A stretch of DNA of 64,000 nt from Schmidtea polychroa (Eukaryota). The position numbers and the translations under genes were made by a program. The notes under the pieces are model-generated. The model saw only the letters and a program-made list of their open reading frames with translations, did no database searches and was not told the origin of the DNA. This document shows positions 14,129 to 25,296 of this stretch, one piece after another; the stretch's first letter is position 1; the number at the start of each line of letters is the position of its first letter. The stretch covers positions 41,108,001-41,172,000 of the forward strand of contig CM097885.1 in NCBI GenBank assembly GCA_044892525.1, in the 5' to 3' direction.

Positions 14129-14869
14129 AGTAGTAGGATGTCACCTCTGGCACACACTCGGGAGGGGGGGGTAAAAAAATTTTTTTCAAGGTCAAATTTT
14201 AAACAAAGACATATGACTCATCAAGGTCATAGAAACAAAGACCATGACTCATCAAGGTCATTGGATGACTCACCAAGGTCATTGGATGACTCATCAAGGT
14301 CATATTTTTAAAGTTCAAGGTCAAACCTTCACCAAAGGGTATCATTCGAAAGGTATTTGAGAGGTTTAACTAATGGTCATACCCCTGAAGGTGTATGGTT
14401 GGTCCTCGGTCTTCAAAGGGAAAAAAAACCTTCGAATTTTTTCAAACTTTATAATATATATATATCAGTCGAAAGGTATTTGAGAGGTCTATCTAATGGC
14501 TATACCCTCGAAGGTGGGTCAATAACCTTCAAAGGGTGTCTAAAATATTTTTAAAACCATATAATATATATATCATTTGAAAGGACTTTTGATGGTGAGT
14601 TCGAAGGTCGAAAGGTTCAAAAATTTTAAAACCTTATAATATACATATCAAACAAAAGGTATTTGAGATGTAAGTATCATGGTCATACTTTCAAAGGTCA
14701 TATTTTACAAGATGGCGGCTATATAGTTTAATTAAAGATTGCGTGTGTGTATTTTCTTAAAATTAATATTTTGAGAGTACCTTTGCTTGGATTTTATTGA
14801 TCAAGGGGTCATTTTAAAGGTAATTCAAAGGGGAATCCGTGGCGCAAATGTTGTCTTAATTTGTTTTTA

Positions 14870-14870
<1 letters not shown>
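14129..14870 (+). repeat. Left TIR of Maverick 1
   Basis: Reverse complement of 21300-22025, e.g. 14690-14868 versus 21301-21480 nearly identical; copy number of subterminal repeats differs. Confidence 0.92.
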
Positions 14871-14944
<74 letters not shown>

Positions 14945-15133
14945 CATTAGTGCTTTAATAAAGTAAAAATATCATTATTATTATTATTATTATGAAACAT
15001 ATATATAAATAGGTCTAATAACTTCATTTACAACATTCACAGATATTCATCGATGTCTTCAAACGATCCACAAGTTTGATGTTATAATTATTTAGTAATT
15101 TAATTATTTTAAATAAGGTACAAGAATTGTCTA

Positions 15134-15598
15134 TTGATTGGGAAACTTCTAACAATAAATGATGAAGATTATATATTCCTGGCCAAAATAAATAAATCTT
15201 TCAAACATCAAGTAATTCAAAATCTATTTGATAAGTTCGGCTTCAATATATCGATGTTGAAATTAACCAGCTGTATAATATATATAAATAATATTAACCA
15301 TACAGAAATTAACATGCTTAAGGTTTTCTGGATATGTATGGATTTCAGGTTCCGAATATATCGCGAGCTTATTGAAATCTTCCTTCTTAATGCATATAAA
15401 CTTGGTATTACAATACATAATTTACTGAATGAAGTCAGAAAACAGTTTATTACAAATTGTATATGTCGAATTCGAGAAGTTTCTATTCTATATCTGCCTT
15501 GTGGCCATATGATTATTTCTTCCTTATGTTTGAAAAACTGTAGTAGATGTCAGAGTTGTGGTTACATAATCGATGAATCTCATTCAGTGTATTTTTGA
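15134..15598 (+). CDS. Protein with C-terminal IAP/MDM2-type RING finger, degenerate; true start uncertain
   Basis: C-terminus CICRIREVSILYLPCGHMIISSLCLKNCSRCQSCGYIIDESHSVYF* resembles IAP C-terminal RINGs. The first CxxC is shortened and one Cys is Ser. AATAAA follows the stop directly. Confidence 0.7.
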   Translation: MIGKLLTINDEDYIFLAKINKSFKHQVIQNLFDKFGFNISMLKLTSCIIYINNINHTEINMLKVFWICMDFRFRIYRELIEIFLLNAYKLGITIHNLLNEVRKQFITNCICRIREVSILYLPCGHMIISSLCLKNCSRCQSCGYIIDESHSVYF

Positions 15599-15621
15599 AA
15601 TAAATGTTGTAAAACTCCTAC

Positions 15622-15676
<55 letters not shown>

Positions 15677-15864
15677 ATTTCAACTTTCTATCACAAATCA
15701 TTGTTAACTAAAAACATAGTCGATTATTATAAAATTTATAACACAAAAGTTATACCATATAAAGTTGACAAACAAAAATAACTAAATATTTACAAATTTT
15801 TTATTCAACATCGTATTTACACAAATATAATCACAATGTTAAATAATTGGCCCAAATTATAACT

Positions 15865-18800
15865 TTAAATTATTGAGTTGAATATTTGATTGAATTGTTT
15901 ATCTCGAATGACAGGATCCGTTTCAGGCATGACGATATTACCACTACCATCTAAGACAACGACCCCTCTATAATGTCAATTTGCAAAACTTGAGTTTTTC
16001 CCTACCCAAGCTCTCTTATCGTCGTGATTATTTAAAGCTATTTTTGAGTTTTTAAACAGCTGATGATTCCGGGTTCCTATTTTAGTTTGAGGAACCAACA
16101 TGACTGTGTTGTTGTTATAGCAGTCTAAATAAGATTGATGTTTGATATCGGTCCCCGGTAATTTTACGCCCTTAGCCCTCATTGTTGACTTTTTTCCTAA
16201 TAGGCTGTAACATTTAGGACGTAAGAAAACCCATTCACTATATCCTAACCCTTTACTCTCATCCTTAAACTTGCCTATAACTGAGTCAAGTCGCCTGGAA
16301 TATAAAGGATGCGAGGGATCGTAATTTGAAGTATCAAAAAGGTCATCCGAAATCATCGCTTGTAATAAGATATCTAATTTTAAATTTTTAACCTCTAAAA
16401 AGAAAGAGTCGGTATCACCCGCTACTAAATTAATTTCACAATTATAAATATCCCGATATCGCTGTAGCTCTATATACTGTAACTGATACATCCGTAGTTT
16501 GGATAGATCCAGTACTGATTGCCCGATGTAGCTGGGTCTATCCAAACATATAGAGTCCTTATTGAGATGCGCGGCAAACAGATCATCAGCTATTTCAATT
16601 GTTTTTCTGAATGCCGGTTTTGACGAATATGTAATTAATTTTTCAGATGAATTACATAGTCGCAAATTCATCCTCTTTTTAAGATTCTCTACGGATTTAC
16701 CGTATAGGCTATTATTATATAATGTAAATAAATCTCTATATATTTCACTAACTACATTAGCACGCAAGTTAGTGTTTTTATCGATATAATGTTTAAAGAT
16801 ATGATTTTGTTTATATTTTATAGCTCTGTGTATATTTACAACCTTAGCCTCAAGTGAAAGATAAAGCCTGAGAAGCCTCCAATGAAGAACATAGTTCTTC
16901 TTTGGATAATGCGTGAGCATCAGCTTCTCAACTTTTGAGTTAGGTGGGCACATCTTTTCCGGTCCAATCGGAAAGTCATTTAAAAAATCATGGATATCAA
17001 TCGGAATCTCGATATCAACTTCCATAGTATATCCATATGGAAGTGTTTCGATATCCGCAACATTCACACACTCATCCAAAACTTCATTCAAGCCATCATA
17101 CACCCAAGTAAAATCACCATAGACAAGACTTTGGCTAAGAGCCCAACCATACAGATTATTTATATCAATATACAATAATTCTGTATCATCTGAAGCAGCC
17201 GTGTAATGTTTGTTAACAAATGTTAACCCACCCCGTATCCTTCCCTCGTAGAATTTGAACATTTCCATGTCCTGTAAAAGTTCTATAGGTTCCGTTAATG
17301 TCATAAGCGCTGAGGCCCATGACATACCGGGAATTCCATAGAAATTTAAAGGTTCCAATCCATTGTATGCAATTGCATTGGCCCGGAATTGTTGGAAGTA
17401 ATCAGCGAGTAGGAATACATCGAGTTTGAGGTAGGTTAACATATAGTCACGCAAATTTATACAATTTTGCTGCATCCAGATTAGTTGTGCCTTAGCGTAC
17501 TCATCTTTGCTAATACCAGACAAAATAGGAGGTAGTTCATATGTAGTCTCAAGAACATCAAATGAGGTAGCAAAATCATACGGAAAAATACCTTTACAGT
17601 CAACTATAGTACCTTGAAAGACAGACGAAGTTAAAGGAAGAAAAGTTAGTGTTTTCACAGCCTTAGCTAAAGAGCAATTAACAAATTGCATAGAATCTAT
17701 AAATCTCACAGCCAATTTATTAATATGTACAATTAACGAAATAAATTTGTCGGTTGAGGTAGGAATTATGTTCAAGTCCCAAGATGGAAAGCCATTGAGA
17801 CCGTGTTTTAAAATATGGTGGAGGTCATAACCTCGTAAATTATGAAAGACAATAGGTAGTAGACAATAAATTCGACGAGCAACATTACATTTTCGGCAAG
17901 ATGCTTCTAGATATTTACCAGAGAAATGACAGTGGTCTCTAACCGGATTTACTATAGGTTTTTACATAAGTAGCAATTTCGACAAGATTTAAACTGACGT
18001 TCCTCAATGAAAGACATCGGTCCTATCAACTTATTACCTTCCATATCATAATACGGTGTCACAACAGTAGTAGCAATTTCCTCAACCTTTTTAAGAAAAT
18101 CAGTAATACAGTCAAGGCCATAAAATTCAAAATATTGTTTAGTATTTTTATAATTATTTATTAATAAAAGGCCTGCTGAACTAGGCATATGAATTTGATG
18201 ATGACGAACATCAGGGGTTAAAACCGACTCAAAATCGGCATAAATTACAAAAGGTGGTGTTATTGTTTTTGAAAAATTTGAAATTCGAGATTTTTATTTG
18301 AGGGTAAAGTGTAAAGGGTTTTTAATTCATTCAAAAATTCAGTATATTTAGATACTCTTTGAGGATTTTCACCTATTTGATCTTTCTTTAATAAGTAAAG
18401 AATGGAATACAGAAAGCATTTATCGTCGCTATTTTTGATGTTTAGTATAGCTTTCTTATTTTTCAATTCAGAAGGGGTTTTAATATATTGATGTCCTGCC
18501 AAGCGACTAATTGGTTCATATTTAGTGATAATAAAATGTATCTCAAGAATGTTGATAACGCGCCATCCACTTCCTAAATATGTAAATTGTTCTATTTTTT
18601 CATTTAGTTTATGAACCCCTTCGTTTAAAAAGTCATCAGAAAATGTCGTTGCATTATTAGAAAAGTAATTGTCACGGATTTCACCATCTTTTTCAAATCG
18701 AATTAATATCGCAAATTGAATTTTGTCGCTCCCCATTTTATTAATTTCTTTTATTAATTTAGTTTTGATTTTATCAGTTAAAATTATTTTAATTAATTGC

Positions 18801-18898
18801 GCATCTGATACATCAAAACGTAAAGTCTTGATAGTGTCATTTAAATTTATTATGATTAAGGGTTCATTCTCTAAGGAAGAACCTCCAAATTGAATCAA
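15865..18898 (-). pseudogene. Protein-primed family B DNA polymerase with endonuclease VII-like insert
   Basis: NIKNSDDKCFLYS, ExoI VIYADFES (~18226-18249), VRDHCHFSGKY...CRKCN, ExoII FHNLRGYD, motif A YIDINNLYG, motif B NNSLYGK, motif C GDTDS. Frameshifts near 18265 and 17960, premature TGA at 15976-15978, natural stop probably at 15865. Confidence 0.92.
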
Positions 18899-19177
18899 CT
18901 CATTATTTATAATATCTACATTATTTATAATAGGTATAATTTCATAATTTACAATATTTTCGTTATTTATAATTTCATTATTTATAATAGGTATAATTTC
19001 GTTATTTACAATAGGTATAATTTCATTATTTACAATATTTATAGAGTCATCATCATCACTGATTTCGATGACTTCCTCTTTAATAATTTTATTAGGTATA
19101 TTATTTTCTTTATTTTCAGCAGGTCTTTTATTTTTTGATGTTTTATTTTGTATAATATTTAAAATATCACAGTTATT

Positions 19178-19388
19178 TTAATTAATTTCCCTAAATAGGT
19201 CTTTTTTATTTACTTTAAAAGAATTTAAATGATTTGAATGTTGTTTAAAAAATTCTTTATATCTAACGCTCTGGGAAGTTTTGCATATGGGGCATATAAA
19301 AAAGTTGATGCCATTAAATTTATGCATGTAATATTTTTTTATGTTTTTATAGCATGAAATACCATGACCGATAGACGACATGCAATAC
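19178..19388 (-). CDS. Small C2H2 zinc-finger-like ORF/exon, possibly the frameshifted N-terminus of the PolB
   Basis: FICPICKTSQSVRYKEFFKQHSNH; preceded by polypyrimidine-CAG acceptor at 19389-19390; same strand and directly upstream of PolB. Confidence 0.4.
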
Positions 19389-19807
19389 CTGATAAAAAAA
19401 AATTACAAACTAATTTTTAAAAATTAATTCATTAACATATAAATAATAATAAAAAATCAAATATCGCAATGTCGATATGTTGATGTTATTATCATTCATT
19501 AATAAACGTTATAATAAATAAACGTTATAATAATAATTCATAATAATAAACGTTAATACTTAACTATTTTAGGTCATGCCTTTGTTATAACTTGCACACG
19601 TATTGGATGAACACTGCATTTTCATTATTATTATTATTAATATTATTATTATTATTATTAATATTATTAATATTATTATTGTTTCTGTAGTTACATGCTG
19701 ACTGTAACCTACATGTTTATATATCAATAAAGAGTTTATAGTTGCATGCTGACTGCAAACTAACCATATTAAAATATAATTATAATTGTTATTATTATTA
19801 TTATTAA

Positions 19808-19886
<79 letters not shown>

Positions 19887-20040
19887 ATTTTTTATTATTA
19901 TTATTGTTTCTGTAGTTACATGATGACTGTAACCTACATGTTTATATAACAATAAAGAGTCTATAGTTGCATGCTGACTGCAAACTAACCATATTAAAAT
20001 ATTAAAATATAATTATAATTGTTATTATTATTATTATTAA

Positions 20041-20071
<31 letters not shown>

Positions 20072-20239
20072 TTTTTTATTATTATTAAAACATTGGTTTT
20101 TATTTTTTTTTTAATGTCATTTTAAATTAAAATTTATAAAATCATTATTTAAAAAAAATAATAATAATAATTCTATTATATTTTTAAATCAAAATAACTA
20201 GATTAATTTTTTATTTAAATAAAAAACAAAATAACTACA

Positions 20240-20766
20240 TTATTTTTTATTTAAAAATCGAGATATAACATACAAAATAGCAACACCTGTTGCAAGTTTT
20301 ACATAGTTTTTAAACTTCATTTTGTGCTCGTCGATTTCTTTTGCATTTCGGGCGAGTTGGTTCAATACACTCCATCCGCCATTGGCTTCTATCCATGGTG
20401 TAAACTTGGACTTGATTATCTAGAAAATAAATATTATTAAAATATAGATTAAAAAAGTATTACTTCTTGAGACCACTGATAATAGTGCTCGGAGTCCCAT
20501 AAACTTTTTTCTATGATGATTTTCATATAAGCAAACCCTACTATTATTCGGGTCCACTTCATCTCTTCATCACACAGACAATTAAATATCCGGTGAAAAT
20601 AAAACTTTTTTGTTTCTAGGCAATCTGACATGAGCATATCTTCGTAATCGATGTGATTCCCTTCGATAATTTTTTCTGTCCGATCGACCAAGTAACTGAG
20701 GCTTTCCATGATGTTCTTGTTGATAACTTCACTTAAAATATTTTCAATAAATTTCGGTTGCGACAT
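20240..20766 (-). CDS. Bcl-2 family protein, 160 aa, two exons (20766-20464 and 20419-20240)
   Basis: Exon 1 has BH1-like IFNCLCDEEMKWTRIIVGFAY. A 44-nt GTAATA...TTCTAG phase-0 intron spans 20463-20420. Exon 2 reads IIKSKFTPWIEANGGWSVL (BH2) ...YVKLATGVAILYVISRFLNKK* (tail anchor with basic end). CCAAT box lies ~55 nt upstream of the ATG. Confidence 0.88.
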
Positions 20767-20991
20767 TTCTACAATAATTTAAAATATAATGTTCTATTTA
20801 TGCTAATACCGTATGATTCTGATTGGTTGATAGACTATAAATGTAAAAGAAAAGTTTTGATTTGATACACCATGAAAAATATATTCATATTGCTAATTAT
20901 TATAACGAGTGTGTGCTCACACAATACTATAAATTTTATAATAATCGACTATGTTTTTAGTTAACCATGATTTGTGATAGAAAGTTGAAAT

Positions 20992-21099
<108 letters not shown>

Positions 21100-21217
21100 G
21101 TAATAATAATAATAGTAATAATACCATTGCGAGTTGTTGAGCGTGAGCAGTACCCTTGTGACCATTACCCATAGGGGGACAGAATATTTTGTCGGATAAA
21201 CGAGGAATATATATTAT

Positions 21218-21275
<58 letters not shown>

Positions 21276-21299
21276 TTAATAATAATATTTTTACTTTAT

Positions 21300-21585
21300 T
21301 AAAACAAATTAAGACAGCATTTGCGCGCACGGATTCCCCTTTGAATTACCTTTAAAATGACCCCTTGATCAATAAAATCCAAGCAAAGGTACTCTCAAAA
21401 TATTAATTTTAAGAAAATACACACACGCAATCTTTAATTAAACTATATAGCCGCCATCTTGTAAAATATGACCTTTGAAAGTATGACCATGATACTTACA
21501 TCTCAAATACCTTTTGTTTGATATGTATATTATAAGGTTTTAAAATTTTTGACCCTTCGACCTCACCATCAAAAGTCCTTTCGAA

Positions 21586-21620
<35 letters not shown>

Positions 21621-22025
21621 ATGGTTTTAAAAATAATTAATTTTGGACACCCTTTGAAGGTTATTGACCCACCATACACCTTATGTTATGACCATTAGAT
21701 AGACCTTTCAAATACCTTTCGAATGATACCCTTTGGTGAAGGTTTGACCTTTAAAATATGACCTTGACCTTAAAAATATGACCTTGGCCTTAAAAATATG
21801 ACCTTGATGAATCATCCAATGACCTTGAATGAGTCATGGGCTTTGTTTCAATGACCTTGATGAGTCATCCAATGGCCTTGAATTAGTCATGGTCTTTGTT
21901 TCAATGACCTTGATGAGTCATCCAATGACCTTGATGAGTCATAAGTATTTGTTTAAAATTTGACCTTGAAAAAAAATTTTACCCCCCCCCCGGGGGGTGT
22001 GCCAGTGGTGACACATCCTACTACT
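21300..22025 (-). repeat. Right TIR of Maverick 1
   Basis: Inverted copy of 14129-14870. Confidence 0.92.
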
Positions 22026-22031
22026 AAAGAG

Positions 22032-24121
22032 GGTCCTGCAGTCAACATTAGACCTATAGTGTCCAACAAAATTGGACCAACAACTAAAACAAGTTGGCTC
22101 CTTGCAAAGATCTTGAAATCTTTATTGGACACGATGCCACACCATCTTCAAAGTAGCGACTGCCTCACGACAAGATTAAATAATAACATAACTTCTCATA
22201 GAGAATTCAAATACCCATTCAGTTTTGATATCGTATCACTATACACATCTATCGAACCAAAAGAGGCTATTCAATGTTTAGAAAAGAAATTAAGAGAAAG
22301 CAACTTGTTAATAAAGGAAATGAATACCGAGAATATCACCAAACTACTTACTGTTATCCTCGAGAACATCTTTTTTACCTTTGAGAAAAATATCTATAAA
22401 CAAGTTAAAGATCTGCCTATGGGTTCTAGCTTATCAGGACTGCTAGCAATCATCTTTATGGATAACCTCGAACGACAGACACTGATGACCATACAACCCA
22501 TCGGTTTCTATGCATGATATGTAGATGATATCTTCATCACTACAAAAAGCAGAGAAGAAGCGGAGGAAATATTTCATATATTCAATGCGGCTCACCGAGA
22601 TATTAAGTTCGAAATCGAATATCCGGAAGAAGATGGATCCCTCAATTTATTGGATTTCAGAATTAAAATAGAAGCAAATACTCCAACGTACGGGTTCTAC
22701 AGAAAACCAGCTCGCAAAGAAATATTTATACACCAAAGATCAGCGCTTCCATACTTACAGAAAGTACATGTCATAAGAAACGAGAAACGAAGAATAACCA
22801 ATCGATGCACGGAAAAAAACGAAAACTTTAATGAACAATCAAATTTCAATAAAATCCTACACAGAAACGGATACCAAGGTGAGGACATTGAAAGAATGAA
22901 TTCTACCCCAAAAAGATCGAAGGAATTAACACAAAAGAATCAGAAATATTTCTATCTGAATATCCCATTCATCAGTGACATACTCGACTTCAAGATCCTG
23001 AAAGAACTTAAACGTACCGGTCTTCCAATTCGGATAGCACATAAATCTTGGACATTGAGAAGGGCTCCGGCAGGCAACATAAATAGAGAAAACAATTGCA
23101 CAATGAAAAACTGCCAGACACCGAAAGATATGTGCTTTAGAAAACACTCACGTGCAATGTATGCAATGAAATCTACATTGGAAGTATACGGTTTCTATGC
23201 AAGATATGTAGATGATATCTTCATCACTACAAAAAGCAGAGAAGAAGCGGAGGAAATATTTCATATATTCAATGCGGCTCACTGAGATATTAAGTTCGAA
23301 ATCGAATATCCGGAAGAAGATGGATCCCTCAATTTATTGGATTTCAGAATTAAAATAGAAGCAAATACTCCAACGTACGGGTTCTACAGAAAACCAGCTC
23401 GCAAAGAAATATTTATACACCAAAGATCAGCGCTTCCATACTTACAGAAAGTACATGTCATAAGAAACGAGAAACGAAGAATAACCAATCGATGCACGGA
23501 AAAAAACGAAAACTTTAATGAACAATCAAATTTCAATAAAATCCTACACAGAAACGGATACCAAGGTGAGGACATTGAAAGAATGAATTCTACCCCAAAA
23601 AGATCGAAGGAATTAACACAAAAGAATCAGAAATATTTCTATCTGAATATCCCATTCATCAGTGACATACTCGACTTCAAGATCCTGAAAGAACTTAAAC
23701 GTACCGGTCTTCCAATTCGGATAGCACATAAATCTTGGACATTGAGAAGGGCTCCGGCAGGCAACATAAATAGAGAAAACAATTGCACAATGAAAAACTG
23801 CCAGACACCGAAAGATATGTGCTTTAGAAAACACTCACGTGCAATGTATGCAATGAAATCTACATTGGAAGTACACTCAGGACATTGAACCAAAGAGTTA
23901 AAGAACATCTAGATCCTGGTTGAACATCCTCGTTTGGCAGACATCTCCGGCAGTGTCAGCCAACAGAGGAAAAAAATATTTCAATAGAAATCATAGCTAA
24001 TGGAAACATCCAAAAGAAAAATGTCAGATTCAAAGAAGCAATTCTCATCATAAACAGACAGCCAAAGATCAACACTAAAGAAGAAATCAATGAAACCATG
24101 AATTTGATCTGTTGTCATTGA
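22032..24121 (+). mobile_element. Penelope-like element, 3' part: RT plus GIY-YIG endonuclease, with internal 687-bp tandem duplication
   Basis: IRPIVS, SFDIVSLYTSI, LPMGSSLSG, RYVDD, LLDF, YRKP, IYIGSTLRTLNQRVKEHL, EAILIINRQPKIN; 22502-23188 is repeated at 23189-23874. Confidence 0.92.
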
Positions 24122-24710
24122 CCTTGAGAATAACTGAAAATATATAAAGAAATTATAAAAAATATAATAAATTAAAAAGTAATAATTAAAATAATATAGA
24201 AATATTTTTAGGAAATATACTTTGAAAAAATAGGATTTAAAAATCAGAATTGACATATTTATTGAAATATTTAAATAGCGTATATAAGTAGTTATTGGAG
24301 GCTTTATTTTAAAAAATTTTGAAATATTTTATTAGGCTTCTAGAAGCTAATTATAGAAGCTTTATAAAAAAATTTAAAAAATTTTAGTTTGTGTCATTTT
24401 GGAATTTTAAATGGTTTTTATTTTATTTTTAATTTTAATTTGAATAAAATTTTTAAAATTTTTAATAAAAAAATTCATAAAACGAAAGTGTATATTATAT
24501 TTATAACCAATGAGAATTAAGAGAAAGGAAATAAAAGAAAGATTGAAAGGTATTTTCGGGAAGAACATTGCTAAATTCCAGGAGATTGGCAAGGACTATC
24601 TTATAGTCGAAAATTTTTCATTAAATACATTTTTTGCAGCAAAAGGCTTAAATTACTATATTATTGTTTTAAATAATAAATGCTGCTACCAAGAAATCAG
24701 CACTTTATAC

Positions 24711-24827
<117 letters not shown>

Positions 24828-24959
24828 ATTATTATTATTATCATTATTATTTTTATTATTATTATTATTATTATAATGGTGTAAAATATTTTTTTACGGA
24901 TGTCTAACATAAAAATAATATAAACATTACAAGCTTTGTGATACCAAGTGCATATCCCA

Positions 24960-25041
24960 ATAGTACTCTAGTTTCGAGCTTTTGGCTCTCATCAGTACTA
25001 TGCAGGAGACGCGAAGATTTCCCTTCGTGCCAGGTAAGTAT
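24960..25041 (-). ncRNA. U1-like 5' sequence fused to a hammerhead ribozyme-like motif
   Basis: Minus strand ATACTTACCTGG-CACGAAGGGAAATCTTCGCG...ATAGTA-CTGATGA-GAGC-CAAAA-GCTC-GAAA-CTAG-AG-TACTAT. Confidence 0.6.
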
Positions 25042-25118
25042 ACAATATTGCTGATTCAACTCTAGTTCATACTTTCCCTGGTACATTTGAAATCACATCA
25101 CTTGCAAATTTGCTAAAT

Positions 25119-25296
25119 CACAGAAAAAATATCTGTAAAGACATCCGTAAAAAAATATTTTACACCATTACAAGTAAAAAATGCAAAAGGTTTACGGATG
25201 CACTTGTAAACAATTTCTCTGTATAGACGGTGTCTCCAGAGGCGAATATGATTTTTCATGCGCCATGTTTACAAGTTTGCAGATATTTTTTCTGTG
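25119..25296. mobile_element. MITE with CACAG termini
   Basis: TIRs CACAGAAAAAATATCTG / CAGATATTTTTTCTGTG, flanked by AT on both sides; superfamily uncertain. Confidence 0.65.

Noticed and set aside
14018..14554. ORFs 14018-14311, 14357-14554 and the N-terminus of 21960-22517 as real genes
   Set aside because: They are read-through of Penelope RT into TIR repeats, or TIR sequence alone.
16562..17178. Plus-strand ORFs inside PolB (also antisense ORFs in Penelope, hAT, Gypsy and 55683-55991)
   Set aside because: Antisense shadows of recognisable coding sequence.
24585..24625. Hammerhead at the Penelope 3' end (GACTAT-CTT-ATAGTC-GAAA hairpin)
   Set aside because: Upstream core reads TTGGCAAG rather than CTGANGA and no convincing stem I; too degenerate to call.
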